From Ktedonobacterales bacterium (GTDB lineage: Bacteria; Chloroflexota; Ktedonobacteria; Ktedonobacterales; JADMIN01), in NCBI GenBank assembly GCA_030167145.1, contig CP126532.1, forward strand, positions 2,640,001 through 2,672,000: a stretch of DNA of 32,000 bases, given 5' to 3'. The position numbers and the translations under genes were made by a program. Below are positions 7,875-16,300 of this stretch, piece by piece; positions within the stretch are counted from its first letter, which is position 1, and each line of letters opens with the position of its first letter. Below the pieces are notes generated by a model, which saw only the letters and a program-made list of their open reading frames with translations, was not told where the DNA came from and searched no databases.

Positions 7875-8612
7875 ATGGACAGCGTAGAGTATAGCGCGCC
7901 GACGCCCGTGCCGCTGGATTTCACCCACAGCATCGGCGTTCCGATTGGTGAGCCGGAACGAAGCCCTGCTCATCGCATCCGGGTGCTCGCGCTCGAAGAT
8001 CATCCGCTCTATCTGGATGGTCTGCACGCGCTTCTAGATGCCGATGGCGCATTTCTGCTCGTCGCCCACGCGGATAACGGCTCGCTGGCGCTGGCGCTGG
8101 CACGCCAATATCAGCCCGATCTGCTGCTCATAGATATTGGCCTGCCAGATGCGAACGGACTGGATCTGGTGCATCAACTGCGCCGGGTCGCTCCCGATGC
8201 CAGGATCGCCGTACTCACCGGGCACGAAAACCATGATGATGTGATACGCGCGTCGCGCCTCGGCGTAGATGGCTTCCTGCGCAAAGATACTCCCGGCCAC
8301 GAAATCATCAGTTCTCTCCATGCCATCATGCGCGGCGAGCGAATCATCGGCGATCCACGCGCGCTAACCATCGTGCTCAAAGAGTACACGCAGGTGATGC
8401 GTGAACGTGAACGTGATCGCTCCGGATTGACCCTGGAAGAGGTCGAGATGCTGCGTCTGGCGGCGATGGGGCTGAACAATAAAGACATCGGCGCTCACCA
8501 ATTCTGGAGTGAGATCACCGTCAAGCGCAAGATGCAGGAAGTCTATCGCAAGCTGGGGGTGAAGAGTCGCGCGCAGGCAGTAGCCGAAGCGATACGCCTT
8601 GGCCATATATAA
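7875..8612 (+). CDS. Response regulator, NarL/FixJ (LuxR-type HTH) family
   Basis: GAGAGGAG RBS. Receiver motifs RVLALEDHPLYLDGL..., DLLLIDIGLPDANGL. C-terminal LuxR HTH LTLEEVEMLRLAAMGLNNKDIGAHQFWSEITVKRKMQEVYRKLGV. Confidence 0.9.
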   Translation: MDSVEYSAPTPVPLDFTHSIGVPIGEPERSPAHRIRVLALEDHPLYLDGLHALLDADGAFLLVAHADNGSLALALARQYQPDLLLIDIGLPDANGLDLVHQLRRVAPDARIAVLTGHENHDDVIRASRLGVDGFLRKDTPGHEIISSLHAIMRGERIIGDPRALTIVLKEYTQVMRERERDRSGLTLEEVEMLRLAAMGLNNKDIGAHQFWSEITVKRKMQEVYRKLGVKSRAQAVAEAIRLGHI

Positions 8613-8754
8613 CGAAGTCCGGTCCGTCCGCCGGACGAGAACACCGCGAGTTGTGCGCCTTTCGTATGGAGGCGTATGGGGGCGCCAGCGCGGCGCCTCC
8701 ATCGTGGAGGTTCTCTGGCGGACGTGGCCTGGCTGTGAGGAGGGTGCGAGGGTG

Positions 8755-9993
8755 ATGGGCAGGGGCGCTCTAGTGGGACACTCAGCGGGAACGAGCGCGC
8801 GTACCGCTCAGCCGACGATCCAGGCGATTCTCGCGCAGTGTGTGATGACGACATCGCTGGACTACGTCGTTCTGGCGGTGTTGCGCCCGCGCCGTGGCAG
8901 CCAGCGTCTCTCGGTGCTGGGCAGATACCCATACGAAGAGCATCCCCGGCGCATCCCGCGCACGCTCTCCACGCTGACCCGCAACGCCACCGATCTGACC
9001 CGTGCGCTGCTCGTGGTCCGGCGGCTCGCCAGCCCGCGCGCAGGCGGCCAGGGCGAGGCGCTCGTCGCCGCGCCGGTGCTGTTGCCCGATCAGCAGATGT
9101 GGGGCGTTCTGGCGGGCATTGGACCGTTCGCCGGATTCCGCGCGCTCACCCTCGACATCATGGAACGCGCCGCGCGGGAAGTCGCTCAGGCGCTCTTTGC
9201 TAGCGTGCCGCCCACCACGGCTCCTGCGGTGGCCAGCGGCGTCAACGCATTGAGCCATCAGGGCGAGCGCGATGCGCGCGATGCACGCGATGAAGATGCG
9301 CAGTTGCTCGCCGAAGCGCCACACGACGTGCTCGTCCACCAGATACGCACCCCACTCAGCGCGGCGGACTACGCGCTCGAATTGCTGCTGCGCGCCAAAG
9401 CGCCCGTGAACATCGCCACAGCCGACAGCGAACAAGCGCGCCTGCTGCGTGTCGCGTGGCTGGGCGTCGCCGAGGCTCAGCGCACGCTGGATTGGTATGG
9501 GCAGCTCACCAGCCTGGGCATGACCATCCCCACCATCACCGCCGTCTCGCCGTATGAGATCGTGGGCCGCGCCGCCGCTCTGCTGCCGGAGGCCGCCACG
9601 CGCATCCACCTGCACATCGCCGCCGATGCGCCCCAGGTCGCGGCGGACGAGTTTTGGCTGCTGCACGTCCTGACCAACCTGCTCAACAACGCAGTCGAGC
9701 ATGCGCCAGCCTCTAGCGCCATCGAGATTCTGAGCCAGTTTCTGCCACCCGATCACCTGTTGATCTCCGTGCTGACCACTGGCGCAGGCATCCCGCCACA
9801 CGAGCGCGAGGCAATCTTTCGCCCCTATATGCGCGGCGCGGCGCCCGACGACCCCGAACACCACGGCCTGGGCCTGACCGTCGCGCGCTACTTTGTCACG
9901 CGGATGGGTGGCAACATCTGGGCCGAGAGCGACGGCGCCACCTGGACGCGCTTCGTCGTCTCGCTGCCACTCGCGGGCCAGCCGGTAACGTGA
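8755..9993 (+). CDS. Soluble sensor histidine kinase with N-terminal GAF-like domain
   Basis: ATG 8755 preceded by GAGGAGGGTGCGAGGGTG. The TTG-initiated extension from 8599 is Arg-rich and overlaps the regulator gene. H-box HDVLVHQIRTPLSAA, N-box LTNLLNNAVEHAP, G-box HHGLGLTVARYFV. No TM helix seen. Confidence 0.85.
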   Translation: MGRGALVGHSAGTSARTAQPTIQAILAQCVMTTSLDYVVLAVLRPRRGSQRLSVLGRYPYEEHPRRIPRTLSTLTRNATDLTRALLVVRRLASPRAGGQGEALVAAPVLLPDQQMWGVLAGIGPFAGFRALTLDIMERAAREVAQALFASVPPTTAPAVASGVNALSHQGERDARDARDEDAQLLAEAPHDVLVHQIRTPLSAADYALELLLRAKAPVNIATADSEQARLLRVAWLGVAEAQRTLDWYGQLTSLGMTIPTITAVSPYEIVGRAAALLPEAATRIHLHIAADAPQVAADEFWLLHVLTNLLNNAVEHAPASSAIEILSQFLPPDHLLISVLTTGAGIPPHEREAIFRPYMRGAAPDDPEHHGLGLTVARYFVTRMGGNIWAESDGATWTRFVVSLPLAGQPVT

Positions 9994-10028
9994 TGTGCTA
10001 GCGGCACGCGGCTTGCACGCACCAGTCT

Positions 10029-10091
10029 CCGTAGGGGCGAGGCCTGCCTCGCCCAGCTCAGCCAGCCCGTAGGGGCGTCCGGCGGACGCCC
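10029..10091. repeat. Two direct copies of a REP-like hairpin element (ccgtag-gggcgagg-cctg-cctcgccc and ccgtag-gggcgtcc-ggc-ggacgccc)
   Basis: Both start with CCGTAGGGGCG and fold into perfect 8-bp stems. They are intergenic, between the kinase and the zinc-ribbon ORF. Confidence 0.7.
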
Positions 10092-10172
10092 AGCACGCGA
10101 CCCATGCGCTCCATGTGGCCGCCAGTTCCAACGTTGGCGCGTCACCAATGTTGGCGAAGGAGAATACCGACT

Positions 10173-10448
10173 ATGCAATGCCCACAATGTGGCGCTGAAA
10201 CGCCAGACGACCAGTGGAACTGCGTTTCCTGCCGCATCAACCTCTATTGGGCAAGCCAGCACTACGCTGAGCTAGCCGCGATGCGCGCCAAGGCGGGACT
10301 CGATACCCAGACCCACACCCCGCCATTCCTGGTAAACGTCAGCAAGCGCGAACTGGGCGAGCGCGACCAGCGCGGCGGTCCCACGATGAACAAAGTCCGC
10401 GAGATCGCGCGGCGGGTCATGCGCGGCGAGTCAGCAGAACAGCCGTGA
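10173..10448 (+). CDS. Small zinc-ribbon protein (unknown function)
   Basis: GAAGGAGA RBS 9 nt before the ATG at 10173. MQCPQCGAE...WNCVSCRINLYW gives a CxxC...CxxC knuckle pair. 91 aa. Confidence 0.6.
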   Translation: MQCPQCGAETPDDQWNCVSCRINLYWASQHYAELAAMRAKAGLDTQTHTPPFLVNVSKRELGERDQRGGPTMNKVREIARRVMRGESAEQP

Positions 10449-10501
10449 GGCGTCCCCATAGCCACATGCGCGCGAACAAAATAACACCTACACATACCTG
10501 C

Positions 10502-11599
10502 ATGCGCCCTGGCGTCTCACACGCCACCGCGTTCCTCTGCCGCGCGCTGTTGCTGCTGGTACTAAGCGCGCTTGCCGCGTGCGCCGGGCCGCCCGAAGTC
10601 GTCGAGCCGCTCCCCGCCACGCCAACGGGTTCGCCCACCACCGCGACCCCTGGCGGTACGCCTGGCGGCACGCCCGGTGGCACGCCTGGTGGTACGCCTG
10701 GTGGCGTCGCTTCACCGACCCCCACGCCCAAGCCATTGTCCCCCTTGTTGGTCTATGGCACCAACATGGCGCTGTATGATACCGGCGATCAGATCGCCAA
10801 CAAACCAGCCACCCAGCAAACGCTCAAGCAGCATGGCATTCCAATCATGCGCGTGCCCTCGCGCTTCACGCTTGCCGATGCCGACATGGTGCGGGCGCTG
10901 CAAGCCGTCAAGACTATCGGTGCGCTGCCGCTCTTCATCGTTCATGGCCCCACAGACAGCAACGCGCTCGCCGACGACAAACATCTGATCTCACTGGCGC
11001 AGGGTGTCTTTGGCGCCAGCACCGTCTATATCGAATACGGCAATGAATCGGACCTCGCGGGCATCAACGCGACGGACTATACCGCAAGCTGGAACGCGGT
11101 CGTTCCTCAGCTCAAGGCGATGGCCCCGACCTATAAGTTCATCGGGCCGGTCACATTTCAGTCCGATCCCACCTATATCTCCACCTTCGATAAGAATGCC
11201 AATCCCCGTCCAGACTTCAATAGCTGGCATGAATACGCCTGCCACCCCGGCGACTCCGATGCCCACTGCACCGCGCAGCTCGCCACCTGGACCGAGCACA
11301 TCCAGCAGACCAACGACGCCGTGCGCGCCGCCATCGGCACGACCATTCCGATCATGATTACTGAGTGGAATCTCGACGCCGAGCCAGACGCGCGCTACCA
11401 CAACGCCGCGTATATTCGCCAGTGGACCACCGACGCGCTGCATACCCTCGCCAGCAACGTACCCCACGGGCTGGCCGCCGCCATGCAATATGTCGCCACC
11501 AATAACCCGAATTTCAGCCTGCTCGACGGCGCGAATCAGCCGACGCTCCAGGGCGCGGCGTTCTTCCAGGCGCTGGCCATTGCCAAGGGCGACCCGTAA
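10502..11599 (+). CDS. Secreted lipoprotein, clan GH-A (TIM-barrel) glycoside hydrolase-like
   Basis: Signal peptide plus lipobox LSALAAC. (TPGG)x5 linker. Candidate acid/base YIEYGNESD and nucleophile IMITEWNLD, the NE...E(W) pattern of GH5/GH39-like enzymes. Confidence 0.8.
   Translation: MRPGVSHATAFLCRALLLLVLSALAACAGPPEVVEPLPATPTGSPTTATPGGTPGGTPGGTPGGTPGGVASPTPTPKPLSPLLVYGTNMALYDTGDQIANKPATQQTLKQHGIPIMRVPSRFTLADADMVRALQAVKTIGALPLFIVHGPTDSNALADDKHLISLAQGVFGASTVYIEYGNESDLAGINATDYTASWNAVVPQLKAMAPTYKFIGPVTFQSDPTYISTFDKNANPRPDFNSWHEYACHPGDSDAHCTAQLATWTEHIQQTNDAVRAAIGTTIPIMITEWNLDAEPDARYHNAAYIRQWTTDALHTLASNVPHGLAAAMQYVATNNPNFSLLDGANQPTLQGAAFFQALAIAKGDP
10646..10705 (+). repeat. 5 x 12-bp in-frame tandem repeat encoding (T-P-G-G)5 linker
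   Basis: acccctggcggt/acgcctggcggc/acgcccggtggc/acgcctggtggt/acgcctggtggc read directly. Confidence 0.9.
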
Positions 11600-13287
11600 G
11601 GCACGTCGGCCTGCGGATACAACGCCTGTAGGCCCGACGACGGGCGCTCGCCGAACGCCCCTACAGATGGAGTGAAGGGCACGAAGCCGTTTGGGCCTGC
11701 GGGCGCGGGTGGCGGGCCGCCGCCCTGATCGCCGCTAGGCGCGGCTCCCGCGACCACGTGTTTGCGCCAGATCATCGTGTACGCTGCCCCATACACATTC
11801 TGGACAAACACTTTCGCTGCCAGATCATACTGCTTGCCACTGAGCAGTTCTGGCTGGAGCGCAAAGTCCAGCGGGGCGGCGACACCGTAGCTCATCTCGA
11901 TCACATCGAAGAACCCATCGGCGACGGCGGCTTTATAGGCATCCACCCCCGCGAAATATTGCCCCTGCTTACTGGTGTACTCGAACCAGAACGGGCCAAC
12001 CCACTGCCAGTCCTCGGTCACGTCCCGCAAGTAGTAGCGTGCGACCTCCATATCCTCGGCCAGATAGTGCCCACCCGTCGGACGCACCAGCGAGCGCATC
12101 ACCTGCACCATACCGCTGCTATCGCTCCAGGTGTGAAACATCCAGTGGCCCTGTTGCGCGCCCAGCAGAAAGACGATCAGGCACAGCGCCAGCGCCGCCA
12201 GCCAGCTACGGCTCGCCACCACCAGCGTGCGCCCCGCGCCAGCCAGCCGTGTGACGGCATAGCCCGCCAGCGGCGCCGCGAAGAACATCGCGTAGGCGAT
12301 GTGTTTATCCAGCGAGACTGGCTCAGCTTTGTAGAGGTGATAGGCCGGCGCGAGCAGCGCCGAACCAAAGAGGATCAGCGCGATCATGCGCCGCTTGCGC
12401 CCCGCGAAGAGCAGCCCCAGAAAGCCCAGCGTCAGGCCGATGCCACCCAGCGCCACTACCTCCCAGATCAGGCCGGGCCGGGGCGCGGGCTGGGTGATGG
12501 CGCGGCTGGTGGTGCTGCCCGCCACCGCATGCAGAAAGCTGTGATCCAGTACCGCCAGCGCCAGCGCCGCGCTTGCGGCTATCGAGATCAGCGCCAGCAC
12601 CACACGCAGCAGCGCCTGGAACCATCCCCGCGCGCCGAGCGTCTGCCACGCCAGGATTGCCAGCGTCGAAGGCGCCCAGAGCATCGCCGCGTATTTGTTC
12701 AGCGTCGCCAGCACCAGCAGCGGACCCAGCGCCAGCGCCAGCAGCGGCGCACGCGCCGTGCTCGCACGGAACGCCACCACCACCGCCAGCGCCAGCAGCA
12801 TCAGGCACATGGCATCGTAGGTCGCCAGTCGCGCCAGAAACAGCACTGGCCCCTGGAAAGCGAAGATGGCGGCGGCGAAGATCGCGCTCTCACGGCTGAA
12901 GAGATGCCCTGCCACCCAATACACACAGATGGTGACGACGAGCATCGCCACCAGGCTCAGCACCCGCGCCGCCTCCACGCCGCCCCAAGCGTCGAAGATG
13001 CCCGCCAGCAGCGGATAGAAGTAGGGATTGCCCGACATGTACGAGGCAAATGGGTCTATCTCGGGCACACCAGTGCGGATCGAAGTCATCAACTGCCGCC
13101 CGGCATAGAGATACAACGCCTCATCCTGGAAGGCGGTATTGCGCAGCGTCAGCACCGCGACACCCGCTTGCAGCGTCAGGATACAGGCGAGCGGCAGATA
13201 CGACCACCGCGCGAGCGCGCGCGCCCATGCGCTGGCGCGGGTTGTCTGCGGCGCAGTCTGCGCCCGGCCTCTCAGGGTGACGCTCAT
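11536..13287 (-). CDS. GT-C fold membrane glycosyltransferase #1 (GT39/GT83, ArnT/PMT_2-like)
   Basis: 583 aa, more than 10 hydrophobic helices. First-loop acidic motif NTAFQDEALYLYAGRQL. Soluble C-terminal domain. GGAGGAAGG RBS before the ATG at 13287. The last ~60 codons overlap the convergent GH gene and REP-like elements. Confidence 0.8.
   Translation of the reverse strand: MSVTLRGRAQTAPQTTRASAWARALARWSYLPLACILTLQAGVAVLTLRNTAFQDEALYLYAGRQLMTSIRTGVPEIDPFASYMSGNPYFYPLLAGIFDAWGGVEAARVLSLVAMLVVTICVYWVAGHLFSRESAIFAAAIFAFQGPVLFLARLATYDAMCLMLLALAVVVAFRASTARAPLLALALGPLLVLATLNKYAAMLWAPSTLAILAWQTLGARGWFQALLRVVLALISIAASAALALAVLDHSFLHAVAGSTTSRAITQPAPRPGLIWEVVALGGIGLTLGFLGLLFAGRKRRMIALILFGSALLAPAYHLYKAEPVSLDKHIAYAMFFAAPLAGYAVTRLAGAGRTLVVASRSWLAALALCLIVFLLGAQQGHWMFHTWSDSSGMVQVMRSLVRPTGGHYLAEDMEVARYYLRDVTEDWQWVGPFWFEYTSKQGQYFAGVDAYKAAVADGFFDVIEMSYGVAAPLDFALQPELLSGKQYDLAAKVFVQNVYGAAYTMIWRKHVVAGAAPSGDQGGGPPPAPAGPNGFVPFTPSVGAFGERPSSGLQALYPQADVPYGSPLAMASAWKNAAPWSVG
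11625..11666. repeat. Composite REP-like element (cctgtag-gcccg-acga-cgggc + gggcgctc-gcc-gaacgccc-ctacag)
   Basis: Flanked by the inverted CCTGTAGG / CCCTACAG ends. The second half has the same 8-3-8 + CTAC architecture as 3809-3832. Confidence 0.6.
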
Positions 13288-13311
13288 CGCCTTCCTCCTA
13301 TCAAGTACGAG

Positions 13312-13344
13312 TTATCCACAGGGTTATCCACAAGATTATCCACA
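13312..13344. promoter_or_regulatory. Three perfect DnaA-box consensus nonamers (TTATCCACA) in a 12-bp tandem array
   Basis: TTATCCACA at 13312-13320, 13324-13332 and 13336-13344. The array lies 25-57 nt upstream of the GT-C #1 start codon (13287, minus strand) and overlaps the TAA stop (13336-13338) of the upstream synthase gene. Confidence 0.9.
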
Positions 13345-16300
13345 GGTTGACGCTTTCCCCGGCGGCAACAGCGCACGCCAGTCCGCTACTGCCTGCCGCG
13401 AGAGCGGGTCGGATTCCAGCGACCATTGCAGATCGTCCGCTTGCGTCGCATGCACATCCGGCGCGCCCTCGTGGTAGAGCAGCGCGTACACATGCGCGTC
13501 CGCTTTTGCCGCGCTCTCGGTCTGCTCCAGCCACGCCGCTTTATCCTGCGGATCGCCCGACGCGCTGACCTCCAGGAAGATCGGCTTGCCGGGATGTCGC
13601 GCCTCCACGGCGCTTAGCACGGCGCTGGGATCGGGCCAGGGGGTATTGGGGTAGCGGATCATGCTCTGCAACACCACATCAATCGTCGTGTCCGGCGGCG
13701 CATATTGTTGATCGTGCGCCGGGTCGGCGGGCGACCAGACCCATGCGACATTGGTCGCGCCCGCCGCCGCGAAGACCGCCTGCACATGCTCCCAGGCGCG
13801 CGGCACATCCTGCGGAATGCCGCCATTAGCCACAGCGGAAGAGAGCGCCCAGTTGCGGTCCACGTGCAGCAGAATTGTCAGGTAGATCGGCTTGCCATAC
13901 ACCGCAATTTCGCGCGCCCAGCGTTGCAGCGCGGTATCGTCCACGCCGTTGGCGATGGCAGGCAGCCCAGCGGAGAGCGGCGGCTCTCCATCCGCGCCGA
14001 ACTCGCCGAATTGCAGCGTAACCCACGGGCGCTGCTGATGTGCGGCAAGCTGGTTGGCCCAGGCGATGTCGAACGAATCGGTAAGGTCTTGCGTGCGCCC
14101 GATGATTGTGAACGGCAGGCAAAGCTGCTGCGCGAGTTGCGTGGGGCGCGTCTTCAGCCACTCGACCCGCACCGATAGCCCCAGGTACGGCGCGCCGTGG
14201 TACGCGGCGGGCACGAAGCGCGCGGGTGGCTGCGCATCCACCAGCCGCGACGTGATGAAAGCGCCCGTACACAGCACCAGCAGCCCACTCAGCAGCGCTC
14301 CTCGCGCCCTCGTCGCGGCCCATCCCCATGCCGAGTACACTCCCTGCGTCGCGACGCGCTGCGGCGCACGCGCCACATGAATCGCGACGCGGTGCGCAGC
14401 CGCCCACGCCTGCATGCGCGCCCACACGCTCTGGCGCTGCCGCGCTTCGCCGTAGCGCAGGTCGCGCACGCCCAGCCACAAGACGCTGCCCAACAGGCCG
14501 ATGTCGTAGATCACCCACAACACACTAACAATCACCGAATCGCGGTGCGCGTGTGGCACGACGAACGCCACAACGATGCCGGCAAAGCAGGCGACAACAG
14601 CCACCAGATAGACGACGAGATGGCTCCATGCGCTCGTCGTGCGCCGCTGCTTGGATGTGACCATGAAGCCCGTGCGCCCACCAGTGATGACCGTCCACAA
14701 CGCCTGAATCAACACCGGAAAGCTGCCGAAGCCGATGATGATGCCGCGAATGCCGGTCTCGCGGCGACTGGCGTACCAGAACGCCCCCTGCGCGGCGATC
14801 CAGTATGGCACAAAGTGCCACAGGAAGAGCGCCAGCGTCGCACCGCGCACCGCCGGAATGCCGGTAAACAGGAAGGCCAGCGGCGCTACCAGGTAGATCA
14901 GGTCGCGCACGCCGCAGAGATAGTGCGTGCAGGCCAGCGCATATTGCAGCCGCTGCCCCACATGCAGGCCGCCGCGCCGGGGCAGCCAGATCGCGCGCCA
15001 GTGTGTGCGCAGCACACCCAGCGTGCCAATTGCCCAGCGGCGCTGCTGCTTCAGGTATGCGGGCAGGTCCATCGGCCCCAGGCCCGTCGCCAGCACATCC
15101 GTCAGGAAGACACTGCGCCAGATGGGATGCAGCGCGATAGATGCGGCGAAATCTTCCGTCACCGAATCCTGTGGCAGCCCGCCAATCTCATCCAGCGCCG
15201 TCGCCCGCAACACCACATTCGTGCCGCAGATGAACGCGGCATTGAGCGCCGCCTTGCCGGGGCAGAGTATGCGATAGAACAACGCCTGCTGATCGTTGGC
15301 CCAATGCGCTACCGGCTGCTCCAGGTTAGTATAGTATTGCCCCGTCTGCACCCAGCCGATGGTGGGGTCCGCGAACGGCGGCACGGTCTTCAGCAGAAAG
15401 TCTGGCCGGGCGAGCTGGTCGGCGTCGAAGATCGCCACCAGCGCATCGCCGGTCGCGCCCACCTGCTGGCGCGCGTGCTCGATATTGCCCGCCTTCGCGC
15501 CGCCACCTGCCGTGCGAGTGACACATTGCACGCCCATCCGCTCCGCCAGGCTTTCCACTTCGCGCCAGCAGGGCGCGTTGGCGACGCGCCCATCATTGCA
15601 GAGCACGATGGCGACCTGCCCCTGCGGATACGCGCGCAGATAGCGGCGGCGCGCTTCCAGCGCCGCCTTGAGGGTCGGCGCGAGCACCCCAGCGCCTTCA
15701 TTCACCGTGGGAATGAAGATGAAGACCGGGCGGCGCGCGGGATCTTCGGAGGGGACGATGCGCGGCCTGGACCACGGCCAGACGGTATATTGCAGCCCCA
15801 GCGTATGCACCGCGCCAAACGCCTCGGCGGCGAGCAGCGGCACGGCAATCCACCAGGCTGCCCAGTTCGAGACTTCCAGCCGCCACGTCAGATAGTCAAT
15901 CGTCGTCACGCCCACCGTCGCGGCCAGCAGAATCGTCAGCAGCTTCCGGCTATCCGCTCCACCACGCAGCGCGATGCTCACCCCCAGCGCCAGCGTCGCC
16001 AGCATCACCCAGCCACCTGGTAGCAGCAGCACGATACAGGCAAGCGCGACGACGATCAACGCTGCTGAGATCAACGTCATCGCCTGCTCGCGGCGCTGCG
16101 GAAGCCCGCTCCGCTCATGCCGCTCATGCTGCTCATGCTGCTCGCGTTCCGCCTCCGCCTCCGTGACCACCTCGAAGTCGGCTCCGCTCTCCGGCATTGC
16201 CGTGCATGGCGCCGTCACCACGAAGTCACGCGCATTGGTTGCGCTCGCCTCTGGCGCGCCGTCCACATGCGCGCCGTTGGAGTGCTTGCCCTTGGCATGC

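Noticed and set aside
13312-13344. Chromosomal replication origin (oriC) because of three perfect DnaA boxes
   Set aside because: There are only three boxes and no adjacent AT-rich unwinding element. No dnaA/dnaN/gidA-type genes are nearby, and the site lies between two co-oriented biosynthetic genes. It is kept as a regulatory/titration candidate, not an origin.
14197-16023. 608-aa (+) ORF antisense to the GT2-GH synthase; similarly 11758..13350 (+), 29497..30612 (+), 8782..10131 (-), 4121..5017 (-), 5836..6612 (-)
   Set aside because: All are long shadow ORFs opposite or out of frame to motif-supported genes, with Arg/His/Gln/Pro-dominated low-complexity translations.
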